A stretch of 57,011 bases of DNA from the NCBI GenBank assembly GCA_016933745.1, contig JAFGAK010000166.1, positions 1 through 57,011 on the forward strand, given 5' to 3'. This DNA is from Bacteroidales bacterium (GTDB lineage: Bacteria > Bacteroidota > Bacteroidia > Bacteroidales > UBA12170). The notes under the pieces are model-generated. The model did no database searches. It saw only the letters and a list, made by a program, of their open reading frames with translations, and had not been told where the DNA came from. A program made the translations under genes and the position numbers. Position 1 is the first letter of the stretch. Every line of letters begins with the position of its first letter. Positions 18,290 to 28,952 of the stretch are shown in pieces.

Positions 18290-21200
18290 ATGAATAAAAG
18301 ATTATTGGAAATGAAATGCTTTAAATTTTATCTAGCATTATTCATCTTTTTGGGATCATTATCCGCAAATCAGCTGCACGCCCAAGGGAAGTTTACCGTA
18401 AATGGTAAAATTATAGAGTCAGAAGGGCTTACACCCTTGCCTGGAGTAAACGTTGTTGAAAAAGGAACAACCAATGGTACTTCTACGGATGTTGATGGTT
18501 CTTTTAAACTCGAAGTGTCAAGTTCAGATGCGGTTCTTGTGTTGAGTTTTATTAGCTATAAAACACAAGAAATTAGCGTATCAGGAAGAAGTACAATCAA
18601 TGTTACTTTGGAACCCGATGCTCAAGCTTTGGACGAGGTTGTCGTGATTGGTTATGGAACAGTTAAGAAGTCAGATTTAACAGGTTCCGTAGTTAGTATT
18701 GGGGGCGATGATTTAAAAAAGCAATCCATTGCAAGTGTTGCCGAAGCTTTAACTGGTCGAATGGCCGGTGTGCAAGTAACTTCAACAGAAGGTTCTCCGG
18801 ATGCTGAAATCAAAATCAGAGTTCGAGGTGGCGGTTCATTAACTCAAGACAGTTCGCCTTTAATTATTGTGGATGGATTTCCGGTAAACAGCATGAGCGA
18901 TGTTTCACCAACCGATATTGAAAATATCACGGTTTTAAAAGATGCTTCTTCAACTGCCATTTATGGTTCTAGGGGAGCAAATGGAGTTATAATTATCTCA
19001 ACAAAAACGGGTAAAGAAGGAAAAATAACTGCCAGCTTTAATATGTTTTATGGAATGAAAAAGATTGCAAAAACAATTGATGTTCAGCAACCTGAAGATT
19101 TCGTAAAATGGCAATACGAATATGCTTTACTCGACAATAATTTATCTTCCTATGAAAAATATTTTGGCCAATGGCAAGATTACGATCAATATCTTGGTAT
19201 GGTTGGAAATGACTGGCAACAGCAAATATACGGTCAATTGGGAGAGGTTAAAAGTGCTGATCTTGGAATTCGAGGCGGTACGGAAAATCTAAGTTTTAAT
19301 TTTAACTATGCTCGCTACGATGAAAACACCATTATGATTGGCTCAGATTTTAAAAGAAATAACGTTTCGTTTTCATTGAAAAACAAAGCAAGTGAAAAAG
19401 TAGATTTATCATTCACCATGCGTTATTCTGATACTGAAATCAATGGAGGTGGAGCCAACGAACAAAATGAAATTTCTTCTGCCGATGCACGTCTAAGACA
19501 CAGTGTTGGTTATTCTCCAATTCCTTTGGCCGGTTTAACTACTGATAATACCGACGAAGCTGTATCGAGCTATTTAGTAAATCCATTTGTTGCTGTTGCT
19601 GATAATCAGCGTTTGCAACTTCGGAAAAACTTCAATCTGCTTGGTAGTTTCTCCTATAAAATTATCGACAACCTTAAATTTAAATCAGATTTAGGATTGG
19701 ATAATCGGAACGATTTAGATTACCGTTTCTACGGACGTTCTACTTATTACGCAAATAACAGGCCAGCTGCAGAAAATCAAGGATTACCTGCCTTAGTTTT
19801 TAGCGATAGAAAAAGACAAAGCTTTAGAAACGCAAATACACTGAATTATGATTTCAAGAATTTGTTGAGTGAAAAGCATAATTTAAAAGTCCTTGTTGGA
19901 GAAGAAATGATCATTACCCAAGACAATAAAGTGTATAACGAAGTCCAAGGTTTTCCAAAAGATTTCGACTTTCAAACGGCCATGAATCTTACAACTCAAG
20001 GAGTTCCACTTACTGTTGACAACTTCTACAGCCCAGATGATAAATTGCTATCTTTCTTTGGTAGAGTAAATTACGATTTCAAAAACCGTTACTTATTAAC
20101 GGCTACCTACCGCGTTGATGGTTCTAGTAAATTCTTAGGCAATAATCGTTGGGGTTATTTTCCTTCTGCTGCTGTCGCATGGAAAATAAACGAAGAAAAT
20201 TTTCTAAAAGATGTTTCTTGGATAGAAGCACTCAAGCTTAGAGTAAGTTATGGTGAAGCCGGTAATAATAATATTCCATCCGGACAAACCATTCAAAATT
20301 TCGAATCCTCAACCACTGCTTATTTGAACGATATTTATAATTATTGGTCAGCATCTAACACATTAGCTAATCCAGATCTTAAATGGGAAACAACAGTGAC
20401 AAATAATATTGGGTTGGATTTTGATATTTTTCATGGACGAGTTATCGGATCGGTAGAAGCATACAAAAATGTTACGCAAGACCTTTTAATCAATTTTCCA
20501 GTTCCTGGAACAGGCTATACCAGTCAATACAGAAATATGGGAGAAATTCAAAATACGGGTGTAGAGGCTTCTTTGGATATCGTAGCTATTGAGAAACCAG
20601 ATTATGGTTTGAATTTTTCTTTCAATATAGGATTTAATAAAAATAAGATCAATTCACTTGGCATCATGGAAGACTTCGGTCAAGCTACCGGATGGGCTTC
20701 TACACAAATCGGAAATGATTATTTGATTCAAGTGGGTCAGGCAATTGGTGTCATGTATGGTTATTTAAGTGATGGACGTTACGAAGTGTCAGATTTCGAT
20801 TACGATGTTGCTACAGGAACTTACACACTAAAACCTGGTGTTGTTGATAATAGTGCCGTTGTGGGTCCTGTTGCCCCAGGTAATATGAAATTGAAAGATA
20901 TCAATGGTGATGGTCTTGTTACCGTTGATGACAATACAATTATTGGAAATGCCAACCCCAAAAATACCGGTGGTGTAGTGGTGAATGCCTATGGTTATGG
21001 TTTCGATTTAACAGCTGCTTTCAACTGGAGTATTGGTAACGATGTATACAATGCTAATAAAGTGGAGTTTACCACATCTAATCAAAATGGACAATACAGA
21101 AATTTAAGCACCATAATGGCTGATGGAGATAGGTGGACAAACTTAGATCCAAATACAGGTGAACTTGTTACAGATCCAACAGCACTTGCTGCTCTTAATG

Positions 21201-21511
21201 CCAATACCACCATGTGGTCGCCTTATATGTCTCGTTTTGTTTTCAGCGATTGGGCAGTTGAAGATGGTTCTTTTTTAAGATTGAACGCGCTTACCCTAGG
21301 GTATACTGCTAAAGAATCGATGATTTCTAAAATTGGTGTTTCGAAATTAAGATTTTACATTACTGCTAATAATGTTTTTATTATTACCAATTATTCAGGT
21401 CTTGATCCTGAAGTTTCTACTCGAAGAAAAACTCCATTAACCCCCGGAGTGGATTATTCTCCATTTCCGCGCAGTAGATCAATTATTTTCGGTTTAAACC
21501 TTAATTTTTAA
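18290..21511 (+). CDS. susC: SusC/RagA TonB-dependent transporter
   Basis: VVVIGYGT, IRVRGG, LKDASSTAIYGSRGANGVI and LKWETT motifs; C-terminal FGLNLNF. Confidence 0.97.
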   Translation: MNKRLLEMKCFKFYLALFIFLGSLSANQLHAQGKFTVNGKIIESEGLTPLPGVNVVEKGTTNGTSTDVDGSFKLEVSSSDAVLVLSFISYKTQEISVSGRSTINVTLEPDAQALDEVVVIGYGTVKKSDLTGSVVSIGGDDLKKQSIASVAEALTGRMAGVQVTSTEGSPDAEIKIRVRGGGSLTQDSSPLIIVDGFPVNSMSDVSPTDIENITVLKDASSTAIYGSRGANGVIIISTKTGKEGKITASFNMFYGMKKIAKTIDVQQPEDFVKWQYEYALLDNNLSSYEKYFGQWQDYDQYLGMVGNDWQQQIYGQLGEVKSADLGIRGGTENLSFNFNYARYDENTIMIGSDFKRNNVSFSLKNKASEKVDLSFTMRYSDTEINGGGANEQNEISSADARLRHSVGYSPIPLAGLTTDNTDEAVSSYLVNPFVAVADNQRLQLRKNFNLLGSFSYKIIDNLKFKSDLGLDNRNDLDYRFYGRSTYYANNRPAAENQGLPALVFSDRKRQSFRNANTLNYDFKNLLSEKHNLKVLVGEEMIITQDNKVYNEVQGFPKDFDFQTAMNLTTQGVPLTVDNFYSPDDKLLSFFGRVNYDFKNRYLLTATYRVDGSSKFLGNNRWGYFPSAAVAWKINEENFLKDVSWIEALKLRVSYGEAGNNNIPSGQTIQNFESSTTAYLNDIYNYWSASNTLANPDLKWETTVTNNIGLDFDIFHGRVIGSVEAYKNVTQDLLINFPVPGTGYTSQYRNMGEIQNTGVEASLDIVAIEKPDYGLNFSFNIGFNKNKINSLGIMEDFGQATGWASTQIGNDYLIQVGQAIGVMYGYLSDGRYEVSDFDYDVATGTYTLKPGVVDNSAVVGPVAPGNMKLKDINGDGLVTVDDNTIIGNANPKNTGGVVVNAYGYGFDLTAAFNWSIGNDVYNANKVEFTTSNQNGQYRNLSTIMADGDRWTNLDPNTGELVTDPTALAALNANTTMWSPYMSRFVFSDWAVEDGSFLRLNALTLGYTAKESMISKIGVSKLRFYITANNVFIITNYSGLDPEVSTRRKTPLTPGVDYSPFPRSRSIIFGLNLNF

Positions 21512-21530
21512 TTTAAAAAATTGTTAGAAG

Positions 21531-23327
21531 ATGAAATATAGAATATTAATTTTTGGAATACTGATAGCTGGGTTTTTTAGCTCTTGTAAGCAGATGGAAA
21601 ACGATTTCTTAGACGCACCAGCTAAATCAACGTTAGATGAATCCGTAATTTTTTCTACACCGGGACTAGCAAGAGGCGCTATTAACGGTATCATGGAACC
21701 CATGGGACAAACGAACTCCTACCGAGGTCGCTACATTCCTTTTTATGGATTTAACACCGATACTGAATGGAATTATAATTCGAGTACCGTAGGAAACTCA
21801 ACTGGCGAACTAATGATTTATGCTGCCACACCAACAAATGCTCAAATGAACTCAACCAACAATGCTTGGGCCATGATGTACTTAGGCATAGAACGTGCAA
21901 ATATTTGTATAAGAGGTTTACGCAATTTTGGAAATCCAGAACCAGGAACCGAACTTGGTCAATTATTGGGTGAAGCACTCACTTTACGTGCTGTTTATTA
22001 TGCCGACTTAATGAAAGCTTGGGGAGATGTTCCTGCTCGTTTTGAACCAATCACTACCGAAACTTTGTATTTGCCAAAATCTAGTCGAGATTTAGTTTAT
22101 AAGCAAATTATTCAGGATTTAGAAGAAGCTGCCACTTTGGTTGCTTGGCCTAATGAATCTGCAGCAACCACATCCGTTGAACGAATTAACAAGGCTTTTG
22201 TGAAAGCATTCAGAGCTCGTTTAGCTATGGCTGCCAGTGGTTTTCAACAATATCCTGATGGAGTTCGAAGAACCAACGATCCAGAACTCAGTGTTGAAAG
22301 AATGTATAAAGTAGCTTTGGACGAATGTCGCGATGTTATTGCTAGTGGTACAGCTCGCTTAGAGTCTACTTTTGAAACTTTATGGAAAAACTATAATGAG
22401 GAGAAAATAAATGCTGGCGGAGAATCGCTATGGGAAATCCCATTTGCTGATGGTCGCGGACGTGTTTTATATTCTTTCGCAATACGTCATCGCAGCGTTG
22501 ATCAATATACAGGTCAACCCAGAGGAGGTATTGCAGGACCACTTCCAACTGTTTTTTATGACTTTGATGAGTCTGATAGCCGAAGAGATATCACTTGTGT
22601 TCCTTACGAATGGGCTGCAGCTGTGAACGGAGTTTCTCAACAACAACTGGTCGGATTAGATCTTTGGTATTTTGGAAAATACCGCTACGAATGGATGAAT
22701 CGTTATGTAACTTCAACCAACGATGATGGCGTAAATAAACTTTATATGCGCTATGCCGAGGTTCTTTTGTTAGCTGCTGAAGCGGCCAATGAAATAGAAG
22801 GTCCTGCTGCTGGAGCACCCTATTTAAAAGAGATTCGTTATAGAGCTTTTGATGCTGCAGATCATGCTGAAAAAGTAGACGCTTATGTAGCTGCTCTAGC
22901 CAGCAAAGAAGACATGTTTCAGGCAATTGTGCTAGAAAATAAATATGAATTAACGGGCGAAATGGAGCGCAAGCAATCGCTTATAAGATGGAATTTACTT
23001 CAAGCAAATTTAGATGAAGCAAAAGTGAAAATGACAAATCTTCTAAATCGTACCGGAGAATATGCTGATGTCCCAACTACCTTGTATTACAAATACAAAG
23101 AAGATGGAGAAACACTAGAAATTTATGGATTAAATAGAGATGAAACAACAGATCCTGGTGCAGAATACTCTGCCTTTGATTGGGCAAATCCAACTGATTT
23201 GACGGTAGAACTGATAAACTCTCTTTATAAAATGGGCGTTAACCCCGATGATAGACAGTTTTGGCCAATCTGGCAAGTGTTTATTGATGCAAGTAATGGT
23301 CAATTGGTGAATGATTATGGCTATTAG
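21531..23327 (+). CDS. susD: SusD/RagB glycan-binding lipoprotein
   Basis: Lipobox FFSSC; GEALTLRA..Y..L...WGDVP, MRYAEVLL and EMERKQSLIRW motifs. Confidence 0.95.
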   Translation: MKYRILIFGILIAGFFSSCKQMENDFLDAPAKSTLDESVIFSTPGLARGAINGIMEPMGQTNSYRGRYIPFYGFNTDTEWNYNSSTVGNSTGELMIYAATPTNAQMNSTNNAWAMMYLGIERANICIRGLRNFGNPEPGTELGQLLGEALTLRAVYYADLMKAWGDVPARFEPITTETLYLPKSSRDLVYKQIIQDLEEAATLVAWPNESAATTSVERINKAFVKAFRARLAMAASGFQQYPDGVRRTNDPELSVERMYKVALDECRDVIASGTARLESTFETLWKNYNEEKINAGGESLWEIPFADGRGRVLYSFAIRHRSVDQYTGQPRGGIAGPLPTVFYDFDESDSRRDITCVPYEWAAAVNGVSQQQLVGLDLWYFGKYRYEWMNRYVTSTNDDGVNKLYMRYAEVLLLAAEAANEIEGPAAGAPYLKEIRYRAFDAADHAEKVDAYVAALASKEDMFQAIVLENKYELTGEMERKQSLIRWNLLQANLDEAKVKMTNLLNRTGEYADVPTTLYYKYKEDGETLEIYGLNRDETTDPGAEYSAFDWANPTDLTVELINSLYKMGVNPDDRQFWPIWQVFIDASNGQLVNDYGY

Positions 23328-23369
23328 GAATTGACAAAAATGAATGATAAACAGAAAGTGATGATGATT

Positions 23370-24923
23370 ATGAAAACAAAACATATATTAAAAGGAATCG
23401 TATTTGCTCTTTTCCTGACTTTTCTAAATTCAAGTTGTACTCGTTATGATGTAGATTTGATCGAAGAATTGGCAGTAGATAGAGAATTTGCTCCTGTAGC
23501 ACTAACGGCACGTGTTAGAAATCAAACTATTGTTGAATTGAATTGGACTGTTGATGAAAATGTAGATCATTACCTGGTTGAATTTAGTGCAGATGACCCC
23601 AATTTCACTACCATTTTTACTTCTGCTGAAGTAAAAGCTGCCCACTTACCTGTTCAAATAGCACTAGAAGGCGAAACTGTTTACGCAATTCGTGTAAAAG
23701 CCGTAAGTGCCAGAGGTTTAGCTGATTCGAAATGGGCTATTGCTGAAGCAACAACTTTAACTGAGCAACTCATGCTTGCTTCTCAGCCCGGCGATATTTT
23801 GGCTTTGGAAGCAACTTTTAGATGGGTGCCTAATATCAATGTGACTCAAATCCTAATCAATCCAGGTGAAATCACGCACGATATTACAGCTCAAGAAAAA
23901 ATATACGGAGTTGCTACCGTAACTGGATTAATAAGTGAAACAGAATATACCGCCCAATTATTGAACGGAACCAAAGTTAGAGGTACTTCCACATTCACAA
24001 CAGGAATAGATATTGGTGATAATACCTTAGTAACTGTTGATGATGATTTATTTCAATTGATTGCTGATGCTGCAGATGGGGATATTTTACTGCTCGAAGC
24101 TGGGGACTATACAGCACAAGTTGGTACAATTACACTTGATAAATCTCTTACTATTCAAGGACTAAGAAGCTATAATAAGCCGCTCTTAAAAGTTAGCTTT
24201 TCTATTGTTACTGGAGCCGCCGATGTGGGTATAATTGATTTAGATTTGACCGGTGATTTACCTTTACTGCTAACAGATGTTGTACGATACACTGCAACTG
24301 GCAATTTCAATTCACTTTTGGTTAGTGGTTGTAATATTCATGATTACGATCGCTCATTTATAGCCGGAAATGTGACCGATGCCATTGTACAATCCGTTAC
24401 GGTTGAAAATTGTATTGTTACCAATGTGCTTACCAATGGGGGAGATTTTATCGACTTTAGAAATTCAGATGCATTGAATGTGAGTGTTACTACAAGCACA
24501 TTCAACAATTGTGCTCCTGCTCGCGATTTCATTAGACTTGATGCTGCAGGAACTTCCAATAATACAGGTTTAACGCTAAACGTGCTACTTGAGAATTGTA
24601 CAATCTATGGTTGTTCGAATACAGCTGATCGGATTTTTTATGTTCGTTTTGCATCCAATGCCGTAACTGCTCGGAATAATTTGTTTGCTGAAACAACCGC
24701 TTATTATTCAAATCAAAGTACAACTGATCCAGTGGCAGTATTTTTTAATAATAATTATTTTAATGCACCTACATTTTTTGATTCAACTCAAAAATTATAC
24801 GATGCTACCGATACATATACTGATTTAGATCCAGGATTTGTTAATGCAGCAGCAGGTGATTTTACCGTTACAAATCAAACTTTGTTAGATAATGAAGTTG
24901 GAGATCCTCGATGGAGACTCTAA
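23370..24923 (+). CDS. Surface glycan-binding lipoprotein (FN3-like plus DUF4957/DUF5123 beta-helix)
   Basis: Lipobox LNSSC, FN3-like N-terminal domains, beta-helix repeats, C-terminal DPGFVNAAAGDFTV...VGDPRW; lies downstream of susD. Confidence 0.8.
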   Translation: MKTKHILKGIVFALFLTFLNSSCTRYDVDLIEELAVDREFAPVALTARVRNQTIVELNWTVDENVDHYLVEFSADDPNFTTIFTSAEVKAAHLPVQIALEGETVYAIRVKAVSARGLADSKWAIAEATTLTEQLMLASQPGDILALEATFRWVPNINVTQILINPGEITHDITAQEKIYGVATVTGLISETEYTAQLLNGTKVRGTSTFTTGIDIGDNTLVTVDDDLFQLIADAADGDILLLEAGDYTAQVGTITLDKSLTIQGLRSYNKPLLKVSFSIVTGAADVGIIDLDLTGDLPLLLTDVVRYTATGNFNSLLVSGCNIHDYDRSFIAGNVTDAIVQSVTVENCIVTNVLTNGGDFIDFRNSDALNVSVTTSTFNNCAPARDFIRLDAAGTSNNTGLTLNVLLENCTIYGCSNTADRIFYVRFASNAVTARNNLFAETTAYYSNQSTTDPVAVFFNNNYFNAPTFFDSTQKLYDATDTYTDLDPGFVNAAAGDFTVTNQTLLDNEVGDPRWRL

Positions 24924-24943
24924 AATCAACTAATGCATAGGCT

Positions 24944-24988
24944 ATATTGATTAAGAGGTATGCATATATTGCATGCCTCTTTCAATAT
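24944..24988 (+). terminator. Long internal hairpin (weak terminator or mRNA stabiliser)
   Basis: ATATTGA-tt-AAGAGGTATGCA-tatat-TGCATGCCTCTT-TCAATAT, with only a short U tract. Confidence 0.6.
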
Positions 24989-25033
24989 CGCTTCAAATCG
25001 ATAAAGAATTAATAACTTGATCAAAAAATAGAA

Positions 25034-26491
25034 ATGAAATCGAAAATAATATTTTTACTAGCCCTTATTAGTTTATTTTCTTGTACTAAAGATAATGGGA
25101 CAGAGGAAGAAACGGTTTATGTTTCATTCGTGGCAATTCTCGGATCAAATATTACTTCAGGTACAACCGGACAAATGTCAGTGGAAGTTTTTCCAACAGA
25201 TGCAACTAATAAAGAGGTATCTTGGACTTGTTCAGATGCTTCTATTGCCACAATTTCTTCAAGTGGACTTCTTACAGCTCTTCAAAATGGAACAGTAACG
25301 ATTACAGCTACTGCCATTGATCAAAATGTTGTTTCTGCTACAAAAGACATTACAATTTCAAGTTTTTATGAAGGACCAACCTATGAGTATATGGTTTCCA
25401 ATTCTACTGAGCTATACTCAGCTTTAGCTTACGTAAAAGCAGGTGAAACCATCTTTTTAAATGGGGGCGTCTACACTTTAACTAGTGGTTTAGGGTTATC
25501 AATTTCAGGGACTTCTGGAAATGAAATCGTTATCCTTGGCCAAACAGATGGAGCCTCCAGAGCTAAACTGGATTTTTCCTCCATGTCAGAAAGTTCATCC
25601 AATAGAGGTATATCCGTATCCGGATCCTATTGGCATATCAAAGGCATCGATGTTGTTGGTGCAGGTGATAATGGTATGTTTATCAGCGGCAATAATAATG
25701 TGATTGAGTTTTGTACGTTTAGCGAAAATAGAGATACGGGACTTCAAATTGGAAATGGAGCAAGTAACAACACTATTTTAAACTGCGATTCGTATTACAA
25801 TGCAGATTCCTCAATAGAAAATGCCGATGGATTTGCATGTAAAATGGATGCAGGAACCGGCAATAAATTTATTGGCTGCAGAGCTTGGCAAAATCTAGAT
25901 GATGGTTGGGATGGATATTTAAGAGGGAACGATAATATCACAACAACCTACGAAAATTGTTGGGCAATTAAAAATGGTTATCTAAAGGATGGAACCATTG
26001 GTGGAGGAGATGGCAACGGCTTTAAAACCGGAGGCAGTGATGATAAATTATTAAAGCACAATGCGATTTATAAAAATTGTATCGCTGTTGGTAATACGCA
26101 CGATGGTTTCGACCATAATAGCAATCGGGGAACAGTAACTATTTACAATTGTTCGGCTTATGACAATGGTAAAAATTATTCGTTTAGTACTACCAATGCG
26201 CTCGAAAAGTTAATTATTAAAAACAGCAATAGCTTGGGAAGTTATGGAAGTACAAGTGCAACTGTTGTTGATGTAACTCATAACAGTTGGTTAGATGGAA
26301 TTACAGCAAGCGCTGATGATTTTGAAAGCATTGATTACTCGCAATTATTAACGGCCAGAAAAGAGGATGGAAGTCTTCCCGTCGTTAGTTTCTTTCATCT
26401 AAAAGCCGGAAGCGATTTGATTGATAAAGGCGTGGATGTTGGATTGCCATTCAATGGTTCAGCTCCCGATTTAGGTGCTTTTGAATATTGA
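25034..26491 (+). CDS. PL9 pectate lyase lipoprotein with N-terminal Big_2 Ig-like domain
   Basis: Lipobox LFSC-TKD; PTDATNKEVSW Big_2 motif; NADGFACK, NLDDGWD and GNGFKTGG PL9 motifs. Confidence 0.9.
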   Translation: MKSKIIFLLALISLFSCTKDNGTEEETVYVSFVAILGSNITSGTTGQMSVEVFPTDATNKEVSWTCSDASIATISSSGLLTALQNGTVTITATAIDQNVVSATKDITISSFYEGPTYEYMVSNSTELYSALAYVKAGETIFLNGGVYTLTSGLGLSISGTSGNEIVILGQTDGASRAKLDFSSMSESSSNRGISVSGSYWHIKGIDVVGAGDNGMFISGNNNVIEFCTFSENRDTGLQIGNGASNNTILNCDSYYNADSSIENADGFACKMDAGTGNKFIGCRAWQNLDDGWDGYLRGNDNITTTYENCWAIKNGYLKDGTIGGGDGNGFKTGGSDDKLLKHNAIYKNCIAVGNTHDGFDHNSNRGTVTIYNCSAYDNGKNYSFSTTNALEKLIIKNSNSLGSYGSTSATVVDVTHNSWLDGITASADDFESIDYSQLLTARKEDGSLPVVSFFHLKAGSDLIDKGVDVGLPFNGSAPDLGAFEY

Positions 26492-26506
26492 TAGATAGAA
26501 TTTAAA

Positions 26507-27451
26507 ATGAATATGAAGAAGGTGTTTTTTATAGGTTTTCTCTTGTGTTCAAATTATTTGTTTTCACAAATAGTTGTTCAGAGCGATACTTCTTATACAG
26601 TGCAAAGCGCCTATCGTAAATATTTAAAAAATTTCCCTTCTATTGAAGTAGTAAAAGCTCAAATACTGGAAAATGTACTTGAGCAAAAAAATATCGTTTA
26701 TAAAGAAATTGGAGAGCGAAAATTACATTTAGATGCTTTTTACAATGCAAGCAAAAAGATAAAACCAGCTGTGATTTTAATTCACGGAGGAGCTTGGAAA
26801 TCAGGTAATAAGTCGCATATGGAACCCTTGGCACAAAAAATTGCTTCAGAAGGATATGCTTGCTTTGCTGTGGAATATAGATTGTCGCCCGAGGCCATTT
26901 TCCCGGCAGGAATTTTCGATGTGAAAAATGCCATTCAATTTATCAAAGAGAATGCAAATGAATTCAATGTCGATACTTCAAAAGTGGCCGTTTTAGGCTG
27001 TTCATCGGGTGGACAAATGGCTGCATTAATTGGAGCAACAAATCAGAATCCTGCCTTTGAAGAACCTGAAAGAAAATACAAACAATCAGCTGTTGTTCAG
27101 GCAATAATTGATTTGGATGGTATTTTAGCTTTCAATCATCCCGATTCGGAAGAAGGAACTTCCGCAGCTCAATGGTTAGGGGGGAATTTTGAAACCAATC
27201 CAGATAAATGGAATCAAGCCTCTGCCTTAACGCATACAAATGAAAATACGCCGCCAATTTTGTATATTGGTAGTCAATATCCAAGGTTTTTAGCTGGTAG
27301 AGATGATATGATAAAAAGATTGGATCAATTTGGAATTGATTATCAAACTAAAACAATCGAAAACAGCCCACATACTTTTTGGCTATTTCACCCTTGGTTT
27401 GAAGAAACAGAAAAGTATATTACCGAATTTCTTGATAAAAATTTAAAATAA
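26507..27451 (+). CDS. Exported alpha/beta hydrolase (HSL/BD-FAE-like esterase)
   Basis: HGGAW, EYRLSP and GCSSGG motifs; distal His in SPHTFW; signal peptide. Confidence 0.85.
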   Translation: MNMKKVFFIGFLLCSNYLFSQIVVQSDTSYTVQSAYRKYLKNFPSIEVVKAQILENVLEQKNIVYKEIGERKLHLDAFYNASKKIKPAVILIHGGAWKSGNKSHMEPLAQKIASEGYACFAVEYRLSPEAIFPAGIFDVKNAIQFIKENANEFNVDTSKVAVLGCSSGGQMAALIGATNQNPAFEEPERKYKQSAVVQAIIDLDGILAFNHPDSEEGTSAAQWLGGNFETNPDKWNQASALTHTNENTPPILYIGSQYPRFLAGRDDMIKRLDQFGIDYQTKTIENSPHTFWLFHPWFEETEKYITEFLDKNLK

Positions 27452-27469
27452 AACCTAAATCAAAAAAAT

Positions 27470-28474
27470 ATGAAAACACTAAAAATCATTGCTGCAGTAT
27501 TTTTATTAAGCTCAATTTCCTGTAAAAATCAAGAAAAGAAAGCGAAGGATGAAACCGATGAAACTACCACTGCCTACGATATGGGAACTGCTAAAACCTA
27601 TGCTGAAATTTCCATTGCGGAAGGTGGACAATGGGAAGGAAGAGTTTACGAAAATGGTACTTCTTTCAAAAATGTAGAGGATTTGAAAGTTCCAGCAAGT
27701 CATACCGATCATTCGTGGTATGTTAGATACGAAGGCCCGGGTTGGGAAAGCAACAAAATTGGTTATCGCTTGTACATCGATTGGCGAAATGCGATCGATA
27801 TTTATGGAAAAGTGACTGATTCATTGATTCTTAATCAAGTAGGACAAGATGGATTCGATTCCTATCACGAACGACAATCTTGGGGTCAAGATGTTTTAAA
27901 AGTGGGCAAAGGTTTAGGCGTCGGCTCCTTGGGAAGATACATAAATGGCGAGGTTTTGCATTTTAATGAAGTGGATTCCACCTTTGTCAAGGTAGCAAAT
28001 ACTACTAACGAATCTACAGTAAAAATCAATTATTTTGGATGGAAAACCGCTCATGATAAAATTGATCTTCAATCAATCTTGTCCATTAAACCCGATAGTC
28101 GAATTACCAAACATACCATTCAATCATCAGCAGCGGTAGAAGGAATATGTACAGGAATTGTAGATCATAAAGTAAATTATTTTGCCAAAGAGAGCGAGAA
28201 TAGACAATGGGGATATATCGCAACATATGGAGAACAAACTTTGGTGCCAGATAAATTAGGAATGGCTGTTTTTTACAATACCGCATCAGTGCAGGAAGTT
28301 ACCAATTGGGAACACGATTATCTATTGGTATTTAAACCAACTACCGAAGAAATTACATTCTTCTTCTTAGGTGCCTGGGAACAGGAAAATGGTGGAATTA
28401 AAACCGAAGCTGAGTTTTTAAGTTATTTAGATGATAAATTAAATGAATTGAACAGTAACAATACTTTAAATTAA
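27470..28474 (+). CDS. DUF4861 family lipoprotein
   Basis: Lipobox SISC; GPGWESNKIGYRLY, IDIYGK and WGQDVLKVG motifs. Confidence 0.8.
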   Translation: MKTLKIIAAVFLLSSISCKNQEKKAKDETDETTTAYDMGTAKTYAEISIAEGGQWEGRVYENGTSFKNVEDLKVPASHTDHSWYVRYEGPGWESNKIGYRLYIDWRNAIDIYGKVTDSLILNQVGQDGFDSYHERQSWGQDVLKVGKGLGVGSLGRYINGEVLHFNEVDSTFVKVANTTNESTVKINYFGWKTAHDKIDLQSILSIKPDSRITKHTIQSSAAVEGICTGIVDHKVNYFAKESENRQWGYIATYGEQTLVPDKLGMAVFYNTASVQEVTNWEHDYLLVFKPTTEEITFFFLGAWEQENGGIKTEAEFLSYLDDKLNELNSNNTLN

Positions 28475-28477
28475 AAA

Positions 28478-28939
28478 ATGAAAAATCTATTTAAAAGCTA
28501 TAACTATCTTTTTATCCTTTCTGTTTTTTTGATCCTTTTGTCCCATGAATCAAAAGCTCAGGAGGGATATAAGAATAGTGTGGAGACTTCTAAAATCTTT
28601 ACCATAGAAAATTGCGTAAATCAATTCAATATGGCTGATACAGTTCAAACAAAAGTAGGATATCAATATTGGTTTGCGGATAAAAATTTTATTGATGGAC
28701 GAACACTCAAAATGAGCGTGGTTGCCCCTCATCAAGCTACTCATGCACCTCATAAGCATATCGAAGATGAATTCTTTTTTGTATTAGAAGGTACAGCTAC
28801 TTTTTATTTAGATGGAAAAACAATGACTGCCGGGTCTTACACCAGCTTTTATTGTCCATCGATGGTAATGCATGGCATTTCAAATGCCGGTGATACAGAA
28901 TTGAAGTATTTACTGATTAAAAAATATCAAAAAAAGTAA
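28478..28939 (+). CDS. Exported cupin-domain protein
   Basis: Signal peptide ending SKA-Q; cupin motifs PHKHIEDEFFFVLEG and CPSMVMHGISN. Confidence 0.85.
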   Translation: MKNLFKSYNYLFILSVFLILLSHESKAQEGYKNSVETSKIFTIENCVNQFNMADTVQTKVGYQYWFADKNFIDGRTLKMSVVAPHQATHAPHKHIEDEFFFVLEGTATFYLDGKTMTAGSYTSFYCPSMVMHGISNAGDTELKYLLIKKYQKK

Positions 28940-28952
28940 AAATCAATAGTCA

